In this document: positions 52,642 to 61,508 of the stretch, one piece after another
Numbering within the stretch: the first letter of the stretch is position 1
How the letters are laid out: every line of letters starts with the position of its first letter
From: Bacteriovoracaceae bacterium UBA6144
Lineage (GTDB): Bacteria > Bdellovibrionota > Bacteriovoracia > Bacteriovoracales > Bacteriovoracaceae
Reading direction: 5' to 3'
DNA: 64,000 nucleotides
Assembly (NCBI GenBank): GCA_002435705.1
Contig: DIVA01000052.1
Span: 89,936 to 153,935 of the forward strand
Program-made: the position numbers and the translations under genes
The notes under the pieces: generated by a model
What the model was told of the DNA's origin: nothing
Database searches by the model: none
The model's input: the letters and a program-made list of their open reading frames with translations, nothing else

Positions 52642-55397
52642 TGACAACCATGGCGCTTCCCAAACCTTTTGCTCTCCCCCAATGGCGTGATCCGCGCTGG
52701 ATGATTTTTAGCATTTTAGGGGGCTATCTCATACTGGGCTTCACCCTTTTGGGTTTCAACCGCACACCTCTGCAGGCGATCATGACCACGCTTTGCTGCG
52801 GGCTGATGGAAATTATTTTTAGTCGGATCTTTCAAAAGCGCTGGGTTTTTCCTCTCTCAGCGATCATCACCTCACTCTCTCTTAGTATCCTTTTAAATTA
52901 CTCTCATGATTACTGGCTACTTTTAGTGCCGGTGTTTTTTGCCATTGGCTCGAAGTATCTTTTTACCTTCAATGGCAAACACAACTATAACCCCGCTCAA
53001 GTGGCCGTCACCTTCTCTCTCATCTTTTGTGGCGACCTGATTACCTCTGCTCCTGCGTATCAGTGGTATGGGATGGAATCTATCAGTGTGCTGATCGTGG
53101 TGCTCGGGCTCTTCTTTGTGCTCCCGCAGATCAATCGTTTATATCTCGTGGGGACCTTTCTCATCGGCTACACACTGCAAACGCTCTTTCGTGCCTGGCT
53201 CATGCAGCACCATCTCCCTTTTGCCACACTCTTTTTGGGATCCATTACTTCGCCGGCTTTTTTTCTTTTCACTTTTTTTATGATCACCGATCCGGCCACC
53301 TCGCCCAACCCCAAGCGGGAGCAGATCAAAGCGGGTGCGCTCTTGGCGATTTTGGATTTGATTTTTCATATCCGTCAGAGCTACTACACCTTCTTCTACG
53401 CGGGCTTCACACTGCAGAGTTACCGGCTACTCAAAAACCACTTCTTTGCTTTGAAAGCCGAGGGCCCTAAAAGCTATTTCACCACGCGTTTTATTCAATC
53501 GGGCTACTACCAGCGCGTCCTAACTCTCGCTGCCATGGCCTTGGTCAGTGTCACCGCCTACACCCAGATCATCTATCCCACTCTCCCCAAGCAGAACCTG
53601 AGTTTTCATCTGGAAGAAATCGCTCCAGAAACATCTGGGCTTAAAACTGAGTTTGCCGACACACTTAAGCGCGTGGACTCGCGCTTGCACCACATTATCA
53701 AATGGATTCTCTCGGTCGGTGACTCTGTCGCCGTTGGGGACTTTGACAATGATGGTCTTCCGGATGTGTTTCTCACCAATATGCTCAAGCGCGATCAAGA
53801 CCGCGCGAGTCTCTATCGTAACGTGGGTGGTTTTAAATTTGAAAAAGTGGCGCTGCCTGCGCTTGGTGATCGTTTCGTGAAGATTGAAACTAACGGTCTG
53901 CCCAGTAATGCCTTATTTGTCGACTTCGATAATGATGGCGATCAGGATCTTTTTATCATGGTGGCGTTTGGGACTCCGGTCATGCTCGAGAACCAGTTGG
54001 CGCAGACGCAAAAAGTTAGCTTCATAGACGTCACAAAAAAGCTGGGTCTGGATGAGTATGTGAACGGGATTGCGGCGAATTTTGCGGACCTCGATGGGGA
54101 CGGACGTCTTGATCTTATTGTGGGTCACGTGTGGCCGGCTTTTTTGCCAGACTATGAGACGCCACAAAAGCTTAACGTGTTTAAGCTCCCTGAGCCTGAG
54201 TATGAAGGCGATAAGCGCATGTTCAATTTTATGCACTCGTCTTGGCACCTCTCCGACAATGGGGGAGTCAACGTCATCTATCGGCAAAAGGCAGAAGGTG
54301 GATTTGAGCGGCTTGACTCACAGGCAGTAGGCATACCTGAAAGTTTTTGGACTCTGGCGATTGGTACCGCCGATTTTAATCAAGACGGTCTGATCGATCT
54401 TTATATGGCCAATGATTTTAGCCCAGATAATTTTTATTTGAACCTGGGTGGAATGAAATTTAAAAAAATTGAAGGAAAGCATTTTGGTGACCTCGGGCTT
54501 GATACCTACAAAGGCATGAATGCCTCGGTGGAAGACGTGGACAATAACGGCTCACCTGATGTCTATGTCTCAAACGTCCATCATGAGATGCAAGCTGAGG
54601 GAAGTCTCTTTTGGTTTTTTGCGATGAAAGATGGCAAGCTAACTTTTAAAGACCGTGCCACTGAGTTGGGAGCTTTGAATGAGAATCGTTTTGGCTGGGG
54701 AGCGAGCTTTCTAGACATCAACAACGATGGTCGCCTTGATCTTATTCAGGCCAATGGCATGGTGGATGACACCCCTGATAAGATTTTTGAGAAGTGTAAG
54801 GATTATTGGTACACCAACGAAAAGATCGCCCGTTCACCCCCTGAGATTCATCGCTACATTCACTACTGGGGTGACATCCGCGGCTACTGCATCTATCCCA
54901 ATGAGCCTAATCGTCTTTATCTCAATACGGGAAGAAGTGATAACCAAATGTTTGTTGATGTGGCTTCCTACGCAGGGCTCACCCAGTTAAAAAATTCCCG
55001 TGGAGTGGCGTCGGCAGATTTTAATAATGATGGTCGTATGGACGTGATTATTTCCAATCAATTCCGTGATGCTGACCTCTTAAGAAATGTGCCTCGCGGT
55101 GAGGAGCAACACTCTTGGATCGGCTTTGCTTTGGAGTCTAAGAATGCCGCCTGTAACAGTCAAGGTTTAGGCAGTCTCATCAGTCTCACTTTGCGTGAGA
55201 CGGATGGGAGCGAGAGAAAAATCTTTAAAGAGCTTAAGCTTGCCAACGGTTTTAGTGCTCAGAATGAGGTCCGCGCTCACTTTGGGCTGGGGTCGCATCA
55301 GGGTGTACTTGAGGTGAGTGTAAATTGGTGCCAAAAGTTTCAGCGGACCTATGAGTTTAGTGAGTTTAATCGGTATGAAAGGCTGGTGCTTCCGTGA
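52641..55397 (+). CDS. fusion of RnfD/NqrB-like polytopic membrane domain with FG-GAP/VCBS beta-propeller and UnbV/ASPIC C-terminal domain (CRTAC1-like)
   Basis: N-terminal ~300 aa: FFAIGSKYLFTFNGKHNYNPAQVAV and FFMITDPATSPNPK match RnfD/NqrB hallmarks. There are then at least 7 repeats of the type VGDFDNDGLPDVFLTN / ADLDGDGRLDLIVG / SADFNNDGRMDVIISN. The protein ends with GFSAQNEVRAHFGLG (ASPIC/UnbV). Confidence 0.75.
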   Translation: MTTMALPKPFALPQWRDPRWMIFSILGGYLILGFTLLGFNRTPLQAIMTTLCCGLMEIIFSRIFQKRWVFPLSAIITSLSLSILLNYSHDYWLLLVPVFFAIGSKYLFTFNGKHNYNPAQVAVTFSLIFCGDLITSAPAYQWYGMESISVLIVVLGLFFVLPQINRLYLVGTFLIGYTLQTLFRAWLMQHHLPFATLFLGSITSPAFFLFTFFMITDPATSPNPKREQIKAGALLAILDLIFHIRQSYYTFFYAGFTLQSYRLLKNHFFALKAEGPKSYFTTRFIQSGYYQRVLTLAAMALVSVTAYTQIIYPTLPKQNLSFHLEEIAPETSGLKTEFADTLKRVDSRLHHIIKWILSVGDSVAVGDFDNDGLPDVFLTNMLKRDQDRASLYRNVGGFKFEKVALPALGDRFVKIETNGLPSNALFVDFDNDGDQDLFIMVAFGTPVMLENQLAQTQKVSFIDVTKKLGLDEYVNGIAANFADLDGDGRLDLIVGHVWPAFLPDYETPQKLNVFKLPEPEYEGDKRMFNFMHSSWHLSDNGGVNVIYRQKAEGGFERLDSQAVGIPESFWTLAIGTADFNQDGLIDLYMANDFSPDNFYLNLGGMKFKKIEGKHFGDLGLDTYKGMNASVEDVDNNGSPDVYVSNVHHEMQAEGSLFWFFAMKDGKLTFKDRATELGALNENRFGWGASFLDINNDGRLDLIQANGMVDDTPDKIFEKCKDYWYTNEKIARSPPEIHRYIHYWGDIRGYCIYPNEPNRLYLNTGRSDNQMFVDVASYAGLTQLKNSRGVASADFNNDGRMDVIISNQFRDADLLRNVPRGEEQHSWIGFALESKNAACNSQGLGSLISLTLRETDGSERKIFKELKLANGFSAQNEVRAHFGLGSHQGVLEVSVNWCQKFQRTYEFSEFNRYERLVLP

Positions 55398-56161
55398 GTC
55401 GCCTCAATTTTAAAATTGAATCCATTAAAGATGTCAAACAAACTGATATTGAACGGATGCAAAAACTTTTCTTAAACTATTATGACCTTCCAAATCCAGA
55501 TGATTTCTTCAGAGACTTTCAAAAAAAAGATCATGTGATTATTCTGCGTGATAAAAGATCTGGTGAGATTCAAGGATTCTCTACTCAGAAAATTATTACT
55601 CACAACATTCAGGGACGTGTGTACCAGGGAGTCTTTAGCGGAGATACATTGGTGGACAAAAATTACTGGGGCGATCCTGCTTTGGGATTTGGTTTTTTTT
55701 GCTATCTCATGAAAATAAATTTAAGACATCCCACCCAAAAGCTTTATTGGCATCTTATCTCTAAAGGCTATAAGACCTATCTGCTCCTGACGAATAATTT
55801 TGACTCCTATTACCCGCGCTATGATCTTGTGACACCTGCTTTTGAGCAGGCCCTCATAGAGAGCTTCTCACAACAGCTTTATCCGCAAGAGTTTAAAAAG
55901 GATTTGGGTCTTCTGATTTTTGATGGTCCCCATGAGCGACTCAAAGCGGAGGTGGCACCCATCACGCAAGAGTTGCGCGAGAAGAATCCAAAAATTGATT
56001 TTTTTGCCACTCGTAACCCTCACTGGGAGCGAGGAGACGAACTAGTGTGTCTAGGAGAATTCCATTTGCTCTTACCTTTGATCCATGCCAAAAAAGTCCT
56101 GAGTAAAAACTTTAAAAAGCTCTTAGGGATCAAGCATGGGGCAACACTTCCTTCTCGCTAA
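55394..56161 (+). CDS. hypothetical protein (possible GNAT-related fold)
   Basis: 255-aa ORF, GTG start with 4-nt overlap of the upstream stop. No confident motif. Confidence 0.4.
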   Translation: MSRLNFKIESIKDVKQTDIERMQKLFLNYYDLPNPDDFFRDFQKKDHVIILRDKRSGEIQGFSTQKIITHNIQGRVYQGVFSGDTLVDKNYWGDPALGFGFFCYLMKINLRHPTQKLYWHLISKGYKTYLLLTNNFDSYYPRYDLVTPAFEQALIESFSQQLYPQEFKKDLGLLIFDGPHERLKAEVAPITQELREKNPKIDFFATRNPHWERGDELVCLGEFHLLLPLIHAKKVLSKNFKKLLGIKHGATLPSR

Positions 56162-57269
56162 AATCTGGCGCTGGCATGATAATCCTATGCTCACGGGTCT
56201 CACCCCAGAGGATAATCTTTATCTTTGGGAGGATCAGTTTGCTTCCCGCGCTCTTCCTTTCACCGACCTTCCTCATCCCTTGAGCCGCTTTGATCGGGAA
56301 CGGCAAAGCCACATGGATTCGCTCTTTGAAACCGTGAAGACTCCTGTCAAAAAGATTAAATCCCTCTCCGAATTGAAGGGCCTTAAACTCAAGGCCTATT
56401 ACTTTTATGATGACTATTATCTTTCGGCCCTAGACCACAGAGATGTGGAATTCATATTTCGTCATCCACAGCATTTTGTAGCAGAAGAAAAAGCTCTCAA
56501 GGCGATGACTCAAAAAAGTAATTTCACTGATTTTCGTTTAAAACTTGAGGGCCAGAATATCTACGCGCAAACATCCTACTCTCATGTGGTGAGCAGTGAG
56601 GCAGAGGCCCATGGGATTAAATGCCTCAATGAGTTTTTAAAACAGGCAGGACCAGATCGATATCTAGATGAGAGAAACGAATTTGAAGCCAGTAAGGCCG
56701 GCACTCATTTCTCCTGCCTTCTTTCTCAGGGCTTACTTTCTCCTCAGCACATTCTCTCTAAACTGCAGGCCTTTGAGGATCAGCATGGGGCCAGTAAATC
56801 AAGTTATTGGATAAAGTTTGAGCTTCTCTGGAGAGAATTTTTTTATTTCATCCAAAATTATTCAACACGCGCACTCTATTTCTCCGATGCAAAATCCTCT
56901 CTCCCTCTGGCACCAATCTCGCTTAGAGGTTTGATGATGGATCTGGCCCGTGAGCCATTGATTGGGGCCATGTTAAATGAACTTACTCAAACCGGTTTGC
57001 TCTCCAATCGCTGTCGTCAGATCTTCGCGAGCTATTTTGTTCATTTAGGTCGCTATGACTGGCGTTACGGGGCCTATCTCTTTCAATATTTTTTAAAAGA
57101 CTATGATCCCAGTTCCAACTGGGGCAACTGGCAGTACCTGGCCGGGGTCGGTCGTGATCCTAGAGGCCTGCGCTTTTTTAATCTTCAGACGCAACTCGAG
57201 CGCTACAATCCCGATGGCTCGTATTTAGCTCAGTGGGGAAATCAAAAAGACTTTCTCGCTCACCTCTAA
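56136..57269 (+). CDS. cryptochrome-DASH/photolyase-family protein with shortened N-terminal domain
   Basis: FAD-binding domain motifs SCLLSQGLLSPQHIL, YWIKFELLWREFFYF, LSNRCRQIFASYFV, DYDPSSNWGNWQYLAGVGRDPRGLRFFNLQTQLERYNPDGSY. The N-terminus retains IWRWHDNPML, but the whole protein is only 377 aa. Confidence 0.75.
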   Translation: MGQHFLLAKIWRWHDNPMLTGLTPEDNLYLWEDQFASRALPFTDLPHPLSRFDRERQSHMDSLFETVKTPVKKIKSLSELKGLKLKAYYFYDDYYLSALDHRDVEFIFRHPQHFVAEEKALKAMTQKSNFTDFRLKLEGQNIYAQTSYSHVVSSEAEAHGIKCLNEFLKQAGPDRYLDERNEFEASKAGTHFSCLLSQGLLSPQHILSKLQAFEDQHGASKSSYWIKFELLWREFFYFIQNYSTRALYFSDAKSSLPLAPISLRGLMMDLAREPLIGAMLNELTQTGLLSNRCRQIFASYFVHLGRYDWRYGAYLFQYFLKDYDPSSNWGNWQYLAGVGRDPRGLRFFNLQTQLERYNPDGSYLAQWGNQKDFLAHL

Positions 57270-57854
57270 GTTTTGAAAGCGTGGGTTATCCAGTGGCCCG
57301 CTCTTCTCCTCCAAGAGCTCGATCTGCATGCCACTGTAAGCCTGCCGCACTTCAGCTTCACTGACATTGAAGGGGGGACCCGAGACTTTGTCTTGCTCGT
57401 ACTCAATGGTGAGGAGCAAGAGTTTGGTGGCCGGACCCATGAGGGATTTAATTTTTTCGATGTAGCGGGGACGCATGCTCTCAGGCAGAGCGATGGTGGC
57501 CGCCCGATCGTAGATAAAGTCAAAACCCTTAAGGGATTCGAAAGCAAAGATGTCTTGTTGAAAAAGCTCGATTGATTCGCTCTGGTAGTGATGATGGTTT
57601 TTCGCATGGCCAATCTGCTCTTCGCGGAAAAAATCATCACAGGCAATAGGGGAGAGTTCGACACCCGTGACTTTTAATCCTTGATCACGCCACCACACCA
57701 AATCCTTCGTCTTGCCACATAGAGGCACGAAAACGCTTTGACCTTTCATCGGGGACAAGCGACTCGCGTGGCGCAGGAGAATGGGGTTGACCTCAGACTT
57801 ATGAAAGCCAATTTGATTGGTTTGCCAGCGCTCATGCCAAAACGATGCATCCAT
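57225..57854 (-). CDS. tpm: thiopurine S-methyltransferase family protein
   Basis: FWHERWQTNQIGFH ... VFVPLCGKTKDLVWWRDQGLKVTGVELSPIA is characteristic of TPMT. Confidence 0.8.
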   Translation of the reverse strand: MDASFWHERWQTNQIGFHKSEVNPILLRHASRLSPMKGQSVFVPLCGKTKDLVWWRDQGLKVTGVELSPIACDDFFREEQIGHAKNHHHYQSESIELFQQDIFAFESLKGFDFIYDRAATIALPESMRPRYIEKIKSLMGPATKLLLLTIEYEQDKVSGPPFNVSEAEVRQAYSGMQIELLEEKSGPLDNPRFQNLEVSEKVFLISPLS

Positions 57855-57887
57855 TGGTTTTCTCCTGAGAATTTACTATACTAAAGC

Positions 57888-59207
57888 ATGTCTCAAATTC
57901 CCTATCAACACCTATTAGTCGATCCTCTCACAGGTCTTGAGCTGCCTCAGCTTTTTAAGCTCTCTTCTCGAGTCGATTGCCTCCTGCCCAACGCTCACTT
58001 AGCGCTTGAGCACATCGCAGGTCAGTGGCACATGCTCTCGACGAAACTTCAGCGCGACATTTCAGAAGAAGAAGCGCTCCTGAAGCATCCAAATCTCCAC
58101 CCTCTGATGCGCGAGCGGATGCAGACGGATGTGGAGTGGCAAAAGAAATTTCTGGGCCAGCTGCAGGAGATTTTTAAATCCATTCCGACGCATGTGAAGA
58201 GTGCTTTTCACGACAAGACCCTTCAGGGCCTGGGCCACACACTGCCTCTCACACAGCCCTTGATTGGACATCCCAAAAATATTTTTCGGGACTGGAGTTG
58301 GGGTGAAGCCGAAAACCGGCGCTACCTCGAACTGGTGCAGGCGCGCGTGCAAGGGGAGAAGAAGAATATTCTCGTCATCGCTGCTGGTGCGGGACGGCTC
58401 GCTTATGATTTGCACCACCACTTGAAGGCGCAGTTTACCTTTGCCCTGGATAATAGTTATTTTTTCAGTGAGTGTTTTCAGCGCATCTGCTGGGGTGAGG
58501 GCGTGGAGTTGGTGGAATTTCCGGCGCCGAGACTGGGAGATGAAAACCTTGCTCACGAGCACAAGCTCATGGCCCCTAGTCTTGCTAGGGAAGGCTTGGT
58601 TTTTCACTTGGGTGACCTCAATTATCTTCCCTATAGGCCTGAGAGTTTTGATCTCATCATCACACCCTGGATCATTGATCTTATCCCTTCAACGCTGCCT
58701 TTTCTTATCTCCAATATCTCAAGTCTTCTCAATCCTCAAGGCCAGTGGATCAATTTTGGCCCCTACTCACTTCCTTCGGATATTCCTGCCCGTTATCGCT
58801 GGTCGCAGAATGAAATAAGAGGCTTCATCGAAGAAGTCGGCTTGGAAAATTTCGAAGAGACTTGGGAGCAAGTCGAGTACTTGAAGTCGCCGCACACAAG
58901 TCTCACGCGCCAGGAGAGAATGTGGACCTTTAGCTGCACGAAGCTCGAGTCCACAGGCCTTTCTATCCAGCGGCCGCAGCTCAAAGAGTCCTGGCTAATT
59001 CACCATGACCACGCCATTCCCTTGAGCTCGAAAGTGCAAATGAGTCTGATGACCCATAAAGTCCCGGCCCGGGTGTTTGAACTCATCAATGGAAAGCGCT
59101 CACTCAATCAGATCGCCCGCGTGATCATGCAGGAGTTTCAAATGTCAGAAGCTGAAGCTCAGCAAGCGCTCGTGCACTTTCTCTCTCGCTGGGCAGAATC
59201 GGGTTAG
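57888..59207 (+). CDS. N2227-like (carnosine N-methyltransferase family) SAM methyltransferase with C-terminal PqqD-like domain
   Basis: ILVIAAGAGRLAYDL...ALDNSYFF and GDLNYLPY..FDLIITPWIIDLI...LNPQGQWINFGP match N2227 motifs. The last ~60 aa, VFELINGKRSLNQIARVIMQEFQMSEAEAQQALVHFLSRWAESG, match the PqqD/RRE consensus. Confidence 0.55.
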   Translation: MSQIPYQHLLVDPLTGLELPQLFKLSSRVDCLLPNAHLALEHIAGQWHMLSTKLQRDISEEEALLKHPNLHPLMRERMQTDVEWQKKFLGQLQEIFKSIPTHVKSAFHDKTLQGLGHTLPLTQPLIGHPKNIFRDWSWGEAENRRYLELVQARVQGEKKNILVIAAGAGRLAYDLHHHLKAQFTFALDNSYFFSECFQRICWGEGVELVEFPAPRLGDENLAHEHKLMAPSLAREGLVFHLGDLNYLPYRPESFDLIITPWIIDLIPSTLPFLISNISSLLNPQGQWINFGPYSLPSDIPARYRWSQNEIRGFIEEVGLENFEETWEQVEYLKSPHTSLTRQERMWTFSCTKLESTGLSIQRPQLKESWLIHHDHAIPLSSKVQMSLMTHKVPARVFELINGKRSLNQIARVIMQEFQMSEAEAQQALVHFLSRWAESG

Positions 59208-59599
59208 CCTCTTTTTCTGGCAATCCACGTGTCGATCGCATAACGACCTCCACCCTGAGCAAGATAAAGCACACCAAATGCCAGATAGAGTAGGGCCATT
59301 TCTTTTTTGGCAAAGGGGTCTGCGGCATGTACCACAAAAGCCGCTCCGGCCATCACACCCACCCACAGGCCTCCCATCACGCGAGTGAAGAGTCCCATGG
59401 CAATAAAAATGCCACCTATTAATTCAATCAAACCAACGGCCCACGCCATGACAAGAGGAAGAGGGAAGCCGAAGGAGCCGATGGCACCAATGAGTCCTTC
59501 ACTCGGAGGAACTTTTCCAACTCCGTGAGCAAAGGCCATGGTGAGTCCCACAAAAATTCGAACAGCAGCAAAAAGTGTATGGCCTGTGATCTCTTTCAT
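59204..59599 (-). CDS. DoxX-family membrane protein
   Basis: 131 aa, 4 TM, LFAAVRIFVGLTMAFAHGVGKV-type DoxX N-terminus. Confidence 0.7.
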   Translation of the reverse strand: MKEITGHTLFAAVRIFVGLTMAFAHGVGKVPPSEGLIGAIGSFGFPLPLVMAWAVGLIELIGGIFIAMGLFTRVMGGLWVGVMAGAAFVVHAADPFAKKEMALLYLAFGVLYLAQGGGRYAIDTWIARKRG

Positions 59600-59624
59600 C
59601 CTGACTCCTCAAAAAAATTTATTC

Positions 59625-59633
59625 TGCTATAAT
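59625..59633 (+). promoter_or_regulatory. extended -10 element TGCTATAAT, 6 nt upstream of the GDPD start codon
   Basis: Read directly. The spacing would place the transcription start at or next to the ATG at 59640. No Shine-Dalgarno with proper spacing is present. Confidence 0.3.
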
Positions 59634-59639
59634 CTTAGG

Positions 59640-60491
59640 ATGAAAAAACTAATCTTTCCGCTTCTTTTGTTGATGAATTTAAATGCATGGGCCTTTGATT
59701 GGCAGGGGCATCGAGGCGCGCGGGGCTTATTCCCAGAAAATAGTCTAGAAGGGATGCGCGAGGCGCTTAAGTATCCGATCACAACACTTGAGTTTGATGT
59801 GATCGTTTCTCAAGACCAAAAGGTTCTACTCAGTCATGAGCCTTGGCTTGGTGAAGAGGCTTGTCTCAATCTTGAGGGCAAAGAGGTCAAAGAAAAAGAG
59901 ATTAATCTCTATAAATTTAAATATGATGAGATAAAAAAATTCGACTGCGGCTCTAAAAAGCATCCTCGTTTCTTGGAGCAAAAAAAAATAAAAATTCATA
60001 AACCTCTCTTATCTGATGTGCTGACTCAGATTGAGGCAGAGTATGCTGCTCGAAAGATTTTCTACAACATTGAAATAAAATCGACTCCTCAAGATGAGTT
60101 GGAGGGGTTTCAACCCAGCGTTTCTGTCTTTACTGATTTGGTGGTCGCGGCCATAAAAGCTCATTTGCCTGAGGATCGGTTTTTTATTCAGTCTTTTGAT
60201 TTTCGTGTCCTGGCTTATCTGAATAAAAACTATCCCACTATCCAGACCGTGGCCTTGATTGAAGAAAATTTGCCGCAAGAATTAGTGCTCAAGCAGTTGG
60301 GCTTTAAGCCCACGGTGTTTTCTCCCTACTTTAAATTTCTCAATAAAATGAACGTCACTCAGTGGCAAAAATTAGGGGTGAAGGTTATTCCGTGGACGGT
60401 GAATGATCTTCAAGACTTAAAGCGCGTCAAAGCTTTGGGAGTGGATGGAATTATCACAGACTACCCTGACAGGATTACTAAGGTAAAATAA
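59640..60491 (+). CDS. glycerophosphodiester phosphodiesterase (GlpQ/UgpQ family), secreted
   Basis: Signal peptide MKKLIFPLLLLMNLNAWA, then WQGHRGARGLFPENSLEGM, EFDV and a C-terminal GVDGIITDYPD. The track start at 59538 would overlap doxX and lacks a signal peptide. Confidence 0.85.
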   Translation: MKKLIFPLLLLMNLNAWAFDWQGHRGARGLFPENSLEGMREALKYPITTLEFDVIVSQDQKVLLSHEPWLGEEACLNLEGKEVKEKEINLYKFKYDEIKKFDCGSKKHPRFLEQKKIKIHKPLLSDVLTQIEAEYAARKIFYNIEIKSTPQDELEGFQPSVSVFTDLVVAAIKAHLPEDRFFIQSFDFRVLAYLNKNYPTIQTVALIEENLPQELVLKQLGFKPTVFSPYFKFLNKMNVTQWQKLGVKVIPWTVNDLQDLKRVKALGVDGIITDYPDRITKVK

Positions 60492-60495
60492 TCCC

Positions 60496-60513
60496 TCTTG
60501 GGATTAACCAAGG
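60496..60513 (+). terminator. short hairpin TCTTGG-N6-CCAAGG followed by CTTTTCC; weak terminator candidate
   Basis: Read directly just after the GDPD stop. 6-bp stem including one G-U pair. Confidence 0.25.
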
Positions 60514-60544
60514 CTTTTCCATACAATAGTTAAGGGAGAGAAGC

Positions 60545-61123
60545 ATGAAATTGTTTTTTGTATGGCTCGTTTTACTTGGTCCTGTGTGGGCAGAAGAAAA
60601 CTGTGATCCCGTTCCCGCTGGGATGAATGGTCTTAAAGATTTTGCTTATCAAAATCTTTCTGTCACAGAACAGATGTTTAAAAACGTCCTGAAGTTCAAC
60701 GTCAAGATGGCCGGAGAAGGTAATATTTCTGTCTTAGTGAATGATAAAGGTCAGCTTGAGGCCCTTCGTCTTAACTATTCCCATAAAGATGATAAAAAAT
60801 CTTTTGTTCTCGATCGGACAAAGCTTGATCGTGCTGAGAGAATCTCTCTGCCCGGCAGGCCTGGAGAAGATGATCAGCCACCACTGCAATTTTATCCTGT
60901 GAAGCCACCGGGCCTTGATTTTGTGAAAGGCGGTGTGTTTAAGATTGCCATCATCACAGAGCAAGATCCCCCTCGTACCGAAGAGTATGAAGTGACTTTA
61001 CGGAAATCAGGACCCGACTGGATTCTTGATCAAAATAACAGAAAAGTCACCAGCATGACTCTTCACCCTGGCGTTAGCTTTCTGAGTTGGAAAGGAACCT
61101 TCAACCGCATTGAGTTCCGCTAA
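60545..61123 (+). CDS. secreted hypothetical protein
   Basis: Signal peptide MKLFFVWLVLLGPVWA, GGGAGAG RBS upstream, no recognisable domain. Confidence 0.55.
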   Translation: MKLFFVWLVLLGPVWAEENCDPVPAGMNGLKDFAYQNLSVTEQMFKNVLKFNVKMAGEGNISVLVNDKGQLEALRLNYSHKDDKKSFVLDRTKLDRAERISLPGRPGEDDQPPLQFYPVKPPGLDFVKGGVFKIAIITEQDPPRTEEYEVTLRKSGPDWILDQNNRKVTSMTLHPGVSFLSWKGTFNRIEFR

Positions 61124-61125
61124 CT

Positions 61126-61443
61126 CTATCTTTCCGTACAGCTAATGGTGTGAGTGGTGAAACGAATTTTTTCGCGAAAGTCTCTGAGATAAATAGTCCG
61201 AAAGCTATTCATCTTGCGATAGATCGTCTCCCAATAGAAATGAGTCTCTGGGCTGCGCTCTGTGTGCAGCATAATGGTCCCTCGACACTCAACATCTGCA
61301 TCTGTGTGATTATAGATGTCGACACTGGCCATGTTCCCAAAGCCAGATACTCGGGGATTCAAAAAAACTGGACGCCCTGGGTAAGAAAAGGCCGCTAGAC
61401 TCATGAGGCAAAGAAAACTTAACAACAAAAATTTCATACTCAT
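61126..61443 (-). CDS. small secreted hypothetical protein
   Basis: Signal peptide MSMKFLLLSFLCLMSLAAFS. 105 aa with two Cys in the mature part. Confidence 0.5.
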   Translation of the reverse strand: MSMKFLLLSFLCLMSLAAFSYPGRPVFLNPRVSGFGNMASVDIYNHTDADVECRGTIMLHTERSPETHFYWETIYRKMNSFRTIYLRDFREKIRFTTHTISCTER

Positions 61444-61508
61444 TCCTTTGATAGGTATAATTAACTCAAACTCAAATCGAGTTGTCTACCTGCCCAAGAG
61501 AGGATCAG

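Noticed and set aside
59538-59639. Upstream extension of the GDPD ORF.
   Set aside because: It overlaps doxX on the opposite strand. The internal ATG at 59640 gives a clean signal peptide.
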